The notes beneath the pieces are model-generated. The model worked only from the letters and a program-made list of their open reading frames with translations, searched no databases and was not told the DNA's origin. Of a DNA stretch of 64,000 bases, positions 1 to 9,274 are shown in pieces; positions within the stretch are counted from its first letter, which is position 1; the number at the start of each line of letters is the position of its first letter. The translations under genes and the position numbers were made by a program. The DNA comes from an uncultured Gemmatimonadaceae bacterium (lineage in GTDB: Bacteria > Gemmatimonadota > Gemmatimonadetes > Gemmatimonadales > Gemmatimonadaceae): assembly GCA_963740355.1 (NCBI GenBank), contig CAVUDW010000001.1:96001-160000 (forward strand), read 5' to 3'.

Positions 1-850
1 TCGCCAGGTTGAAGCGCACTTCCGCCTGCTGATGCGGCGGATAGAAGCTCAGGATGCGCGCGATCGTGGTCGATGCATCGGTGGTGTGCAGCGTCGAGAA
101 CACGAGATGGCCGGTGTCCGCTGCCTTGAGCGCCGTGTCGAGCGTGTCGAGGTCGCGAATTTCACCGATCAGGATCACGTCCGGATCCTGACGCAGGACG
201 CGACGGAGCGCAGAGCTGAAGCTGAGCGTGTCGGTGCCAACTTCGCGCTGGCTGACATGACTGCGAATGTCGCGGTGCAGGAATTCGACCGGATCCTCGA
301 TCGTGATCACATTCGCGGCGCGATTCTGGTTCACATGGTGAATCATCGCAGCCAACGCCGTGCTCTTGCCGGACCCCGTGATGCCCGTGACGAGGACCAA
401 TCCACGCGGACGCAACGCGAGTTCCTCGACGACGGCGGGAAGGTGCAGTTCCGTCGCCGTGCGCGTCTGGTACGGAATGCCACGCAGGGCGAACGAGACC
501 GTGCCGCGCTGCTGATAGGCATTGACGCGGAAACGGCCGATGCCGGACACGCCGATCGCGAAGTCGGCTTCACGCGTCTGCTGGAACTCCTTCAGGTAGC
601 GCTGCGGCATGATCTGTTCGGCGAGCGCCGACAAATCCTCCGCCTTGAGCGACGGATGGTCGAGTCCCACGAGTTCGCCCGCAAGGCGAATCGTCGGCGG
701 ACGACCGACCTTCAGGTGAAGGTCGGAACCATCACGCTCGATCAGCGACGCCAGCCAGCTCCGCAGCTGTGCAGAAAGTTGCTTCCCCTGCCCGCTGATC
801 GGCTTGTCACCGACGGACTGCCCCGCTCCGGCTGTCGTCGGATCAGACAT
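1..850 (-). CDS. pilT: Type IV pilus retraction ATPase PilT/PilU family (3' end runs off the window)
   Basis: Manual minus-strand translation from ATG at 850: MSDPTT...[14 protein letters not shown]...[15 protein letters not shown] (Walker A)...[15 protein letters not shown] (Walker B)...[14 protein letters not shown] (His box). Not in the ORF track because it is truncated. Confidence 0.93.
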   Translation of the reverse strand, partial: MSDPTTAGAGQSVGDKPISGQGKQLSAQLRSWLASLIERDGSDLHLKVGRPPTIRLAGELVGLDHPSLKAEDLSALAEQIMPQRYLKEFQQTREADFAIGVSGIGRFRVNAYQQRGTVSFALRGIPYQTRTATELHLPAVVEELALRPRGLVLVTGITGSGKSTALAAMIHHVNQNRAANVITIEDPVEFLHRDIRSHVSQREVGTDTLSFSSALRRVLRQDPDVILIGEIRDLDTLDTALKAADTGHLVFSTLHTTDASTTIARILSFYPPHQQAEVRFNLA

Positions 851-1334
851 TGGGATCGACACGGAAGAGCACCTGGCCGTATTCGACGGCAGACGAATCC
901 TGCACCAGCACATCCACGACCATGCCGGAGACTTCGCACTCGATCTCGTTCATGATCTTCATCGCCTCGATGATGCAGAGAATCTGCCCCTTCGAGACAC
1001 GCGTGCCGACGGAGACGTACGGGTTGGCCCCGGGCTCCGGCTTGGCGTAGAAGGTGCCGACCATCGGCGACTTCACCTCGAGCAGCGTCGACGCCGGCTT
1101 GGCCGGTTCGGCTGCGGGAGCCGCCGGTGGCGGCGCCGCGGCGGCGGCGACTGGCGCCGCCATCCCCATCGCGGGCGCTGCCATCATCTGCGTACCGAGC
1201 ACGGCACCGCCGCGTTGCGCAGGGCTCTTCGAGACACGGAGCTTCATCCCCTTGTCCGAGGTGATCTCCAGTGAGTCGACGGTCGATTCGTCGAGCATCT
1301 CGAGGACTTTCTTCAGATATCGCAGGTCGATCAT
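843..1334 (-). CDS. accB: Acetyl-CoA carboxylase biotin carboxyl carrier protein
   Basis: SPMVGTFY motif, biotinylation motif [10 protein letters not shown], Ala/Pro linker. Confidence 0.97.
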   Translation of the reverse strand: MIDLRYLKKVLEMLDESTVDSLEITSDKGMKLRVSKSPAQRGGAVLGTQMMAAPAMGMAAPVAAAAAPPPAAPAAEPAKPASTLLEVKSPMVGTFYAKPEPGANPYVSVGTRVSKGQILCIIEAMKIMNEIECEVSGMVVDVLVQDSSAVEYGQVLFRVDPNV

Positions 1335-1371
1335 GTGTGGGCTCTGACGGCAGAAGACGCGAAAGACATGG

Positions 1372-2463
1372 TCAATTCAGCTCCAGCAGTTCGCGAGGGA
1401 AATCGGTCAAGCGTCGGGGGCCAGCGGCGGCGAGCAGGACATCATCCTCGATACGCACTCCTCCCCAACCCGCACGATACACACCCGGCTCGACCGTGAC
1501 TACCGCATCGAGGGGAAGTATCGCGTCCGCAGACGACGCGAGTCGGGGCCCTTCATGCACTTCGAGGCCGATTCCATGTCCAAGCGAGTGTCCAAAACCT
1601 TCCGCCAGACCGGCCCCCTTGAGGTACTCACGTGCAATGGCGTCTGCCTCGCGTCCGCGCATCCCCGGACGCACTTCGACACACGCCTTCTCCTGCGCCA
1701 CCCGCACCGCCTCATAGACGGCTCGCTGCTCGGCGGATGCCTTGCCGACGACCACCGTCCGGGTGATGTCGGAGCAATACCCGTCGTGGATGGCTCCAAA
1801 ATCGATCAACAGGAAATCACCGGACTCAACAGTTCGACTCGAGGAACGTGCGTGAGGCAACGCCGATCGCGGCCCGGATGCCACGATCGTCGCGAACGGA
1901 AACCCTTCACTCCCAGCATCCCGCAACGCCTTCTCGAGGATCCCGGCGATCGCGGTTTCAGTCTGACCTACACGAATCTGTGGCAGAGTCGCGGCAAGCG
2001 CATCGGTCGCCATCCGCGCCGCGACCTCGATCAAGGCGACTTCGCCGGCATCCTTCCGCTCCCGCAGCGCCTCGACGAGGTCCCGCGCAGGACGCCACTG
2101 CCACCGTGCGCCGTCGGCGAGCAATCGCTCGAAGTCGCGATGGAGGAGATGGGCACTCTCGAACCCAACGACTTCGATCGTCGGCACGGTCGGCAGGAAC
2201 GCCCACAGCTCCGCCCAGAGGCTGTTGGCAGCGATCACTACCCGTACATCCGGCGTGACTTCTTCCGCGACCTGCGTCTGGTAGCGGAAGTCCGTGAAGA
2301 GCGTGACGGCGCCTCGCAACGAAACGAACGCCAGTGCGTTGCTGCCGGAGAATCCCGTGAGGTAGCGTACGTTCGGAAGGCTGGCGAGCAGTAATCCATC
2401 GAGATGCTGCTCGTGCATCACTGCCTGCAGCGCAGCGATCCGGGCACCGAAATTCGCGCTCAT
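1372..2463 (-). CDS. Xaa-Pro aminopeptidase (M24B family)
   Basis: Creatinase N-domain ([11 protein letters not shown]) and metal ligands [37 protein letters not shown]. Start set at MSANF (ATGA overlap with the aroQ stop). Confidence 0.93.
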   Translation of the reverse strand: MSANFGARIAALQAVMHEQHLDGLLLASLPNVRYLTGFSGSNALAFVSLRGAVTLFTDFRYQTQVAEEVTPDVRVVIAANSLWAELWAFLPTVPTIEVVGFESAHLLHRDFERLLADGARWQWRPARDLVEALRERKDAGEVALIEVAARMATDALAATLPQIRVGQTETAIAGILEKALRDAGSEGFPFATIVASGPRSALPHARSSSRTVESGDFLLIDFGAIHDGYCSDITRTVVVGKASAEQRAVYEAVRVAQEKACVEVRPGMRGREADAIAREYLKGAGLAEGFGHSLGHGIGLEVHEGPRLASSADAILPLDAVVTVEPGVYRAGWGGVRIEDDVLLAAAGPRRLTDFPRELLELN

Positions 2464-2930
2464 ACCTGCGAGGCGGCCAAATGGCCGACGATCGCGCGCA
2501 GCCCAAGTTCGTAGCTGGAAGCGCCAAACCCACAGACGACGCCAACCGCTGCTGCGGCAATCATCGAATGCCTGCGTTCGGGTTCGCGCGAATAGATGTT
2601 CGAGAGGTGGACTTCGACGAACGGGATCGCCACGCCGATCAACGCATCGCGCAGCGCGAGCGAGGTGTGGGTGTACGCGCCGGCGTTCACGATCGCACCG
2701 TCGATGTTCGCGCCGCGCCACGAATGTATCGCGTCGATCAGCGCCCCTTCGCTGTTGTGCTGCACGGTGGACGCGATCGAGACACCGAGTTCCGCCGCCA
2801 GGGCGGCAATACGCGCGTCGATCTGCGACAGCGTCGTGCGTCCGTACACGGCCGGTTCGCGTTCGCCGAGCAGGTTCAGGTTCGGACCGTGCAGAACAGC
2901 GATGCGGCCCGCGGCGCCGGGACTCATCAC
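2460..2930 (-). CDS. aroQ: Type II 3-dehydroquinate dehydratase
   Basis: LHGPNLNLLGEREPAVYG, NAGAYTHTS and EVHLSN motifs. Confidence 0.97.
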   Translation of the reverse strand: MMSPGAAGRIAVLHGPNLNLLGEREPAVYGRTTLSQIDARIAALAAELGVSIASTVQHNSEGALIDAIHSWRGANIDGAIVNAGAYTHTSLALRDALIGVAIPFVEVHLSNIYSREPERRHSMIAAAAVGVVCGFGASSYELGLRAIVGHLAASQV

Positions 2931-5491
2931 GACAACCCTTCCAGCCAGCGATGAAACTCGGATGGCGCCGGTCGCGACGCTGATGTCTCCGGTGCCGCTG
3001 CCGGTGCGGGTGACTCCGGTGCCACTTCCGCCGCGGCCGAGTCGGGAGCCACTGGCGGTGGCGTCAACGCAGGCACTCCAGTCGCCGACGGCGGGGCCGC
3101 AACCGTCGGCACCGGGGGCAGAGAGACCTGCGGCGTGGCTTGCGAGGGGGCCGCCGCGAACGGAGGCACGTCGAGCAGGAATTCGGCGATCGACGGCAGG
3201 TCGGACGACGGCGTCGGCACCGCCGGCAGCAGCTGATCGCGCTGCGCCGCCACCGGCAGCGAGTCTGTCACTGCCTCCAGATCCGGCTTCGTCACCAGTG
3301 CCGGTGGGTCGAGCAGAAACTCGGAAATCGACGGCAGCTGCTCGGCCGGCGTCACCGGTCGAGGGACGGGAGCGGCGGACGGCGGAACCGGCGAGGGCGT
3401 GCGCGACTGCGGGAGGAACTGGTCGAAGGCCGCCCAGGTCGCGGGTGTCACCGACGGCGTGGGCGGGATCACCGGCAGTCCACCAAAGGTCGGCGACAAT
3501 GACGGTGCTGGCGAAGGCGCTGGGGTTGGCCAGGTCGGTGTGCCGGGACGCGACGCCGGCGTATCGATCCGTGCCCGTGGCGGCGAACCACTCCCTGAGA
3601 AAAACCGATCGAACGACAGCAGAGGTGCCGGCGACGTGCCAGCCACTTCGTCGCCAGCCACGGCTGACGGGAGCTCGAGGATGTCGGGCACTGGCAGCGT
3701 CGGCGCTTCCTTCGGCAGTCGACCGACCATCTGGGTGGCCAGCGTGAGCAGCATGTCCGCCGCGGTCTGATCCGCCGCCGCGACCGTCGGTGCGCCGAAC
3801 AGTGATTCCAGCGTCGCCGTGGAAGCCCCATAGGCACTGACCGCAGGTGCCGACACGACATCGTCACTCGCGGATGGACGCGCCGGCTGGCCGAACACAT
3901 CGACCGAGACACCGAACATTTCGTCGCCAGCGAACGTGCTGTCCGTGCCCAGATCGGGAGCCGACGCGTCGGCGAACCAGTCATCGCCGGCATCATCGTC
4001 GGTCGAGGCATTCCACGCGGTGCCAAACGCGGCATCGTCCGATTGCGTCGATGGTGGCGACACCTCGTACATCGTTTCGAGCATCGATGCCGCGTCAGAT
4101 GCGGCCGAGCCGTCATCATCCAACTCACCGAACTGCAGCGCCTTGTCGGCGTCCTCCTGCAGCGACGTCTCAGCGGGGGCCGTTGCCAGCGCTGCCTGCA
4201 TTTCCGTCACCTTCGCCATCAGGCCGCGATCCGCCGGAGAGCGCACCAGTAACGCGCGGTACACATCGAGCGCCTGCTGAATGAAGCCCTGTTTCGCGTA
4301 GAGGGCGGCCATCGTTTCCGTAATGAACTCGGGCGCGGTCGACGCAGCATCTGTGGACGGCGTCTCCCAGAACAGCCCCTCGTCTGCAGCCGCGTGCGGC
4401 GCAACGGCTGGCGGCGCGACGACGGCGGCGGGCTCGGGCTGCGCCGGTACATGCGCGGGGGTGTCACGCTCCTGTGCCGTCCGCCAGGACGCAAAACTGG
4501 CCAACGCGCCAAAGCCTGGGCGCGAGAGCAGCTCGTCGGCTACCGGCTCTGCCGGGACGACCTGCGGCTGGGTCGGCGTCGCAATGCCCGCCGAAAAGTC
4601 CGCCTCATCCACAGGAGGCAAGGACAGGCCGGCGCCTGTAACCGCGGTCGGATCGACCAGTTCATCGAGGTCGTCGAACACGAATCCGACGCCGTCGTCG
4701 ACACGAATTTCCGCCGCGCCGGCGGTCGACTCCATCTCCGGCACTGGAGTGACGTCATCCGACAGCGTCGAGAGGTCAAAACGGTCGAATGGCACGCGAG
4801 GCACCGGCGGCAACTCGGGACCGGTGCCCGGCCGCACGAGCGCATCGAGCGGACGGTCCTGATTCTCTGCTCCGGAGATCGCGCGAAGTCCAGGCGGCGT
4901 CGGATCAGTGAGCGCCGAATCGAGCGAGCCGAATGCCGCGGCGGCCGGTTCCGGCAGGTGCTCAGGCTCGGCAATCGGCGCGGGGAGCTCGGTCAGGTCA
5001 CCAAATGGTGCTGCTACCGTCGCCGCCAGACCCGTCAGCTCGGTGGGCGCGGGCGCATCGACGACCGTGACCAGGTCGGGATTCGACGGGGCGGCGTCGC
5101 CGAGGGATCGGAGCAGCTGCTCGATTTCGTCGTTCTGCGGATCGGCGTCGAGCACCCGTGCGTACCAGGAGCGGGCCTCCTCCACGTCGTCACGCGACCG
5201 CGCAATGTCACCGAGGTGTCGCAGCGCAATCAGGTTTTCATCGTCCAGCTCCACCGACCTCAGGAACACTTCGCGGGCAGCCGCGATGTCGCCCTTCTCG
5301 AAGTAGGCGCGACCGAGGACGATATGACCACTCATGTGGCCGGGCTGGGCGGGCAGGTGTTCGCGGCAGAGCGCGATCGCCCGGTCCAGCTCGTTCGTTT
5401 TGCGGTACTCGTTGGCGAGCGGCACGAAATAGCGCCGCGGGTTCTGCATGTACTTGGCTGTCAGCTCTTGCAGCCGTGAACCAGGCGCCAT
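2927..5491 (-). CDS. Tetratricopeptide-repeat protein with long acidic/Pro-rich low-complexity regions
   Basis: N-terminal TPR helices (FVPLANEYRK...GHIVLGRAYFEKGD), internal TETMAALYAKQG helix pair, terminal helix SEFHRWLEGLS. Start set at MAPGSRL; the ORF track extends to 5551. Confidence 0.8.
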   Translation of the reverse strand: MAPGSRLQELTAKYMQNPRRYFVPLANEYRKTNELDRAIALCREHLPAQPGHMSGHIVLGRAYFEKGDIAAAREVFLRSVELDDENLIALRHLGDIARSRDDVEEARSWYARVLDADPQNDEIEQLLRSLGDAAPSNPDLVTVVDAPAPTELTGLAATVAAPFGDLTELPAPIAEPEHLPEPAAAAFGSLDSALTDPTPPGLRAISGAENQDRPLDALVRPGTGPELPPVPRVPFDRFDLSTLSDDVTPVPEMESTAGAAEIRVDDGVGFVFDDLDELVDPTAVTGAGLSLPPVDEADFSAGIATPTQPQVVPAEPVADELLSRPGFGALASFASWRTAQERDTPAHVPAQPEPAAVVAPPAVAPHAAADEGLFWETPSTDAASTAPEFITETMAALYAKQGFIQQALDVYRALLVRSPADRGLMAKVTEMQAALATAPAETSLQEDADKALQFGELDDDGSAASDAASMLETMYEVSPPSTQSDDAAFGTAWNASTDDDAGDDWFADASAPDLGTDSTFAGDEMFGVSVDVFGQPARPSASDDVVSAPAVSAYGASTATLESLFGAPTVAAADQTAADMLLTLATQMVGRLPKEAPTLPVPDILELPSAVAGDEVAGTSPAPLLSFDRFFSGSGSPPRARIDTPASRPGTPTWPTPAPSPAPSLSPTFGGLPVIPPTPSVTPATWAAFDQFLPQSRTPSPVPPSAAPVPRPVTPAEQLPSISEFLLDPPALVTKPDLEAVTDSLPVAAQRDQLLPAVPTPSSDLPSIAEFLLDVPPFAAAPSQATPQVSLPPVPTVAAPPSATGVPALTPPPVAPDSAAAEVAPESPAPAAAPETSASRPAPSEFHRWLEGLS

Positions 5492-5694
5492 CGAAACCTC
5501 TGGAATTTTCAGCTCGTGCGCCGGCTCAGGCCGGAACGCCGGAAATCGCAAGATAGCCGACGTGGCAGAGGAGCGTCAAATGGCACTCGCACATCGAAGT
5601 GTCGGTATCACTTGAAGTTGCCCCCCTTAGCGGCCTAACTTTCGCGGCTATTCTCTCCCGCGGTCCAGGTCGTTCCCTCGAGGAGTTCTGTTCA

Positions 5695-7542
5695 GTGCTG
5701 CAGACGTTCCGCTCGTTCGGTAAGTACATCTTCTGGGGCCTCGCCGTGACGTTCATCGGCGGCTTCGTCTTTTACGAATCCTCGGGACTCTTCGGTCGCG
5801 AGTCCGGGCCGACGATCGGCTCGACCGTCATGAAGGTCGATGGCCAGGAGGTTCCCTACGGCTCCTACCAGCGCGCCCTCGAGGCCGCGGTACAGTCGGA
5901 GGAACAGCAGCGCGGACATTCGCTCACCCTCGATGAGCGCGCGCAGGTCGAGAAGAAGACCTACGATGAGATCGTGCAGGAGATTTTGCTCGAGCACGAG
6001 TACAAGAAGCGCGGCATCTCCGTGACGCAGGAGGAGATCGTCGAGTACGCGAAGTTCTCGCCGCCGCCGCAATACGCACAGCTGCCCGAGATGCAGACGA
6101 ACGGGCAGTTCGATTTCGAGAAGTACCAGCGCTTCCTGCGGAGCCCGCAGGCTCGTCAACAGGGATTGCTGGCGCAGCTCGAGGGCTACTATCGCACCAC
6201 CATCCCGAAGCAGAAGCTGTTCGAGCAAGTTGCGGCTGGCGCCTTCGTCAGCGACGCGCGCCTCTGGCAGATCTACCAGGATTCGCACGACTCGGCGCAG
6301 GTGTCCTACATCGCCATGCGCCCAACGACAGCAGCGCCGGCGGAAATCACCGACGCCCAGGCTCGCACGTACTACGAAGCGCACAAGTCTGAATATCAGC
6401 GCCCTGGTCGGGCCGCCGTGTCAGTGCTGGCGATTCCGTTGCAGGTGACGGCGGCGGACAGCATCGCCGCCCGCGATTCCATCATCAAGCTGCGCGCCCA
6501 GATCATGGCCGCCTCAGACCAGAAGGCCGTCTTCACGGATCTTGCCACGCGGGTGTCGAATGACACGATTTCTGCCACGCGTGGCGGTGACCTCGGCAAG
6601 AGCAAGAAGGCCGAAGGGTTCGTGGCCCAGTTCACCGACGCCGCCAATGCGCTGACGACAGTCGGCGAGATTTCGCCGCCGGTGAAGACGGATTTCGGCT
6701 GGCACCTGATTCGTCTCGACGCGAAAGCGGGCGACACGCTCAGCCTGCGCCACATCCTGATCGCCGTCACGATGAATGAAGCGACGGCCTCGCGTGTCTC
6801 GAAGCGCGCCGACTCGCTGTCGAAGATGGCGGCTGGTGCAGAGACGCCGAAGAAGTTCGACGACGCTGCCAAGGCGCTCAACCTCCCGGTCATGCGCGCC
6901 ACGGCCTTCGAAGGTGACCCGCTCACTGTCGCCGGCCGCTATGTGCCGAACGTCAGTGCCTGGGCATTCAGTGGTGCGCGTGCCGGTGAGTCGAGCGACA
7001 TGTTCGATGACCCGTCTGGTTATTACGTCGCCCGACTCGACACGCTGCACGCAGAAGGCATTGCCGCCTTCGACGAAGTGAAGGACGAGATCAAGGAGCG
7101 CCTGGCGCGCGAGAAGGTCATGGACGAATTCATGACGATGGGCCGCAACATCACCCAGTCCGCGGCCACGAAGGGCTTCGAGGCTGCGGCGCAGCTTCGC
7201 GCTCTCACGGTCTCGAAGTCCTCCACCTTTGCGCGCACGATGCAGACCGAAGGCCTTGGTGGCTTCAACGAAGCCATCGGCGCGGCCTTCTCGCTCCCGC
7301 TTGGTGCGACGAGCCAGCCGATTCGCACGGCTGAAGGCGTCTTCGTGATTCGTGTCGACCGCCGCGTGGCAGCCGACAAGGCCGAGTGGGAAAAGCAGAA
7401 GGAGCAGCAGCGCGCGCAGGTCCTGCGCGGCATGCGCGAGCAGATGGTCCGCGACTACCTCGAAGGCCTGCGCAAGAGCGCCTCGATCGTCGACAACCGC
7501 AAGAAGTTGAACGCCGCTGGTCGTCGTCAGTCCGCCGCGTAG
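5695..7542 (+). CDS. ppiD: PpiD/SurA-type periplasmic peptidyl-prolyl isomerase chaperone
   Basis: N-terminal membrane anchor, SurA N-domain, parvulin motif GGDLG...GEISPPVKTDFGWHLIRL. GAGGAG ribosome-binding site before GTG at 5695. Confidence 0.88.
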   Translation: MLQTFRSFGKYIFWGLAVTFIGGFVFYESSGLFGRESGPTIGSTVMKVDGQEVPYGSYQRALEAAVQSEEQQRGHSLTLDERAQVEKKTYDEIVQEILLEHEYKKRGISVTQEEIVEYAKFSPPPQYAQLPEMQTNGQFDFEKYQRFLRSPQARQQGLLAQLEGYYRTTIPKQKLFEQVAAGAFVSDARLWQIYQDSHDSAQVSYIAMRPTTAAPAEITDAQARTYYEAHKSEYQRPGRAAVSVLAIPLQVTAADSIAARDSIIKLRAQIMAASDQKAVFTDLATRVSNDTISATRGGDLGKSKKAEGFVAQFTDAANALTTVGEISPPVKTDFGWHLIRLDAKAGDTLSLRHILIAVTMNEATASRVSKRADSLSKMAAGAETPKKFDDAAKALNLPVMRATAFEGDPLTVAGRYVPNVSAWAFSGARAGESSDMFDDPSGYYVARLDTLHAEGIAAFDEVKDEIKERLAREKVMDEFMTMGRNITQSAATKGFEAAAQLRALTVSKSSTFARTMQTEGLGGFNEAIGAAFSLPLGATSQPIRTAEGVFVIRVDRRVAADKAEWEKQKEQQRAQVLRGMREQMVRDYLEGLRKSASIVDNRKKLNAAGRRQSAA

Positions 7543-7635
7543 GGCGGTGCGTGAGACTGCAGTGAGACTCGTCAGCGTCAGTGAGGACGCGACGTCTCAC
7601 TGCACCAGACGTTGAATGTCAACAGAGCAAACGCG

Positions 7636-7669
7636 AGCGGGGCCCCAGGACATGTCCTGGGGCCCCGCT
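7636..7669. terminator. Perfect 34-bp palindrome between convergent ppiD and tatA; likely intrinsic terminator
   Basis: AGCGGGGCCCCAGGACA|TGTCCTGGGGCCCCGCT. On the minus strand it is followed by a T-rich stretch (TTTGCTCTGTT). Confidence 0.75.
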
Positions 7670-7721
7670 TCGCTTCGGCGCAAGCCGAACGATGAACAGC
7701 CGCACCGAAGAAAACGCGCGG

Positions 7722-7973
7722 TTACATCAATCGCTTTGGCTCAGCGGTCGGATCATCGACGCGGACCGGCGTCTCGACAGCTCGCGGCACCTCGGCGCGG
7801 GAGCTCATCTCACCCTCGCGGAAGGACTTGTCGACGTCGTTGATGTTCTTCTTGAACTGGTTGATGCCCTTGCCGAGCGCGCCTGCGATCTCAGGAATCC
7901 GCTTCGCGCCAAACAGCAACAGCACCACCACCAGGATCAGCATGGTCTCGCCCATGCCCAGTCCGAACGGCAT
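7722..7973 (-). CDS. tatA: Twin-arginine translocase TatA/E subunit
   Basis: TM helix plus LLFGAKRIPEIAGALGKGINQFKK amphipathic helix. Confidence 0.96.
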   Translation of the reverse strand: MPFGLGMGETMLILVVVLLLFGAKRIPEIAGALGKGINQFKKNINDVDKSFREGEMSSRAEVPRAVETPVRVDDPTAEPKRLM

Positions 7974-7982
7974 AAAAATCTC

Positions 7983-8267
7983 CTAGAAAAGGGACCGCGC
8001 GATGAGGTACGCGATCAGTACCCCGAGCAGACTCAGAAGTGACACATCGAGGGCAATCGGGCCCAATGCAAACTTGAGGATAACCAGGTCAATCTGCAAC
8101 GGACCGAGACTCGGCGTGACGCCTGTGGTCAGGAATTCCTTGACACTGCCCGCCGGAAGGAATCGACGCGAAAATTGCGTCAGAAAGCCACCGACGATGA
8201 AGCCAACTGCGAGCACGATCGCATGAAATGCCGGCCGATGCCGGGAGGAACCACCACGAGAAGCCAT
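7983..8267 (-). CDS. Small membrane protein, DUF4321-like
   Basis: Two hydrophobic segments around GPLQIDLVILKFALG; tightly coupled between ispB and tatA. Family recalled from pattern only. Confidence 0.65.
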   Translation of the reverse strand: MASRGGSSRHRPAFHAIVLAVGFIVGGFLTQFSRRFLPAGSVKEFLTTGVTPSLGPLQIDLVILKFALGPIALDVSLLSLLGVLIAYLIARSLF

Positions 8268-8269
8268 TC

Positions 8270-9274
8270 TTACCAGCGCCGATCAAGGACATAACCAACC
8301 AACTCGAGCATCGCCGCCCGTGCCGCCGTATCCGGCAGCGAGAGCGCGATCTCTTCGGCCTCTTGTGCAAAAAGCTCGCCTTTGCGGCGGGCATAGTCGA
8401 TCCCGTCTGCCTCGACCACCAGACTGATGACACGACTGATGGCTGCCTCCCCCGGTTCGCCAAGCTCGAAGAACCGTTCGACTTCGCGACGTGCTGTCGC
8501 CGGCATTCGACGCAGCGCGGCGATCAAAGGCAACGTCACCTTCCGCTCGCGCAGGTCGGCGCCGGACGGCTTACCGGTGATCTCCTGGCCCTCGATGTAG
8601 TCGAGCAGGTCATCGGCAACCTGGAAGGCCATGCCGATACGCTCACCGAACTGGGCGAGTGCCACGCGATGCGAGGGGGCACCACAGATCGCCCCCACTT
8701 CACAGGCCGCACTCATCAGCGACGCCGTCTTGGCGTGGTTCAGCTGGAAATACTCCTCCTCGCTGAACTGAAGACGATCGACGGCCGAGAGCTGCCACAT
8801 CTCGCCCATCGTCATCGCGTTTGCGGCATTGGCGATCACGTTGAGCACGTCGAGATCACCAGATCGCACGAGGTGCCGGACCGCACGAGAATACAGGTAG
8901 TCGCCCATGATGACCGACACCTGATGGCTGAACACGGCATTCACCGTCGGCATGCCACGGCGCATCACGCTGTGATCGACGGAATCGTCATGCACGATGC
9001 TCGAGAGATGCACGAGCTCGAGTACCGCAGCATGATCGATGGCCAGCGGATTCCGCGTCTCTTCGACGGCGTTTGCCAGCAACAGCAATGCCGGCCGCAG
9101 GAGCTTTCCCTGCATGCCCTGCAAGTGTCGATTGACATCGCCAATGAGCGGGTTCTCGTCGGCGACGATCTCCCACATGCGCAATGAAACGAGATCGAGC
9201 TCCGCGCGAACCGGATATTGAATACCGGCCAACGGGTTGTCGAGCCCGGCCCTCGCGGGAACCGGTAGGCTCAT
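8270..9274 (-). CDS. ispB: Polyprenyl diphosphate synthase (octaprenyl/heptaprenyl type)
   Basis: GKLLRP, first aspartate-rich motif HDDSVD..RRG, KTA, second motif FQVADDLLD. Confidence 0.92.
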   Translation of the reverse strand: MSLPVPARAGLDNPLAGIQYPVRAELDLVSLRMWEIVADENPLIGDVNRHLQGMQGKLLRPALLLLANAVEETRNPLAIDHAAVLELVHLSSIVHDDSVDHSVMRRGMPTVNAVFSHQVSVIMGDYLYSRAVRHLVRSGDLDVLNVIANAANAMTMGEMWQLSAVDRLQFSEEEYFQLNHAKTASLMSAACEVGAICGAPSHRVALAQFGERIGMAFQVADDLLDYIEGQEITGKPSGADLRERKVTLPLIAALRRMPATARREVERFFELGEPGEAAISRVISLVVEADGIDYARRKGELFAQEAEEIALSLPDTAARAAMLELVGYVLDRRW

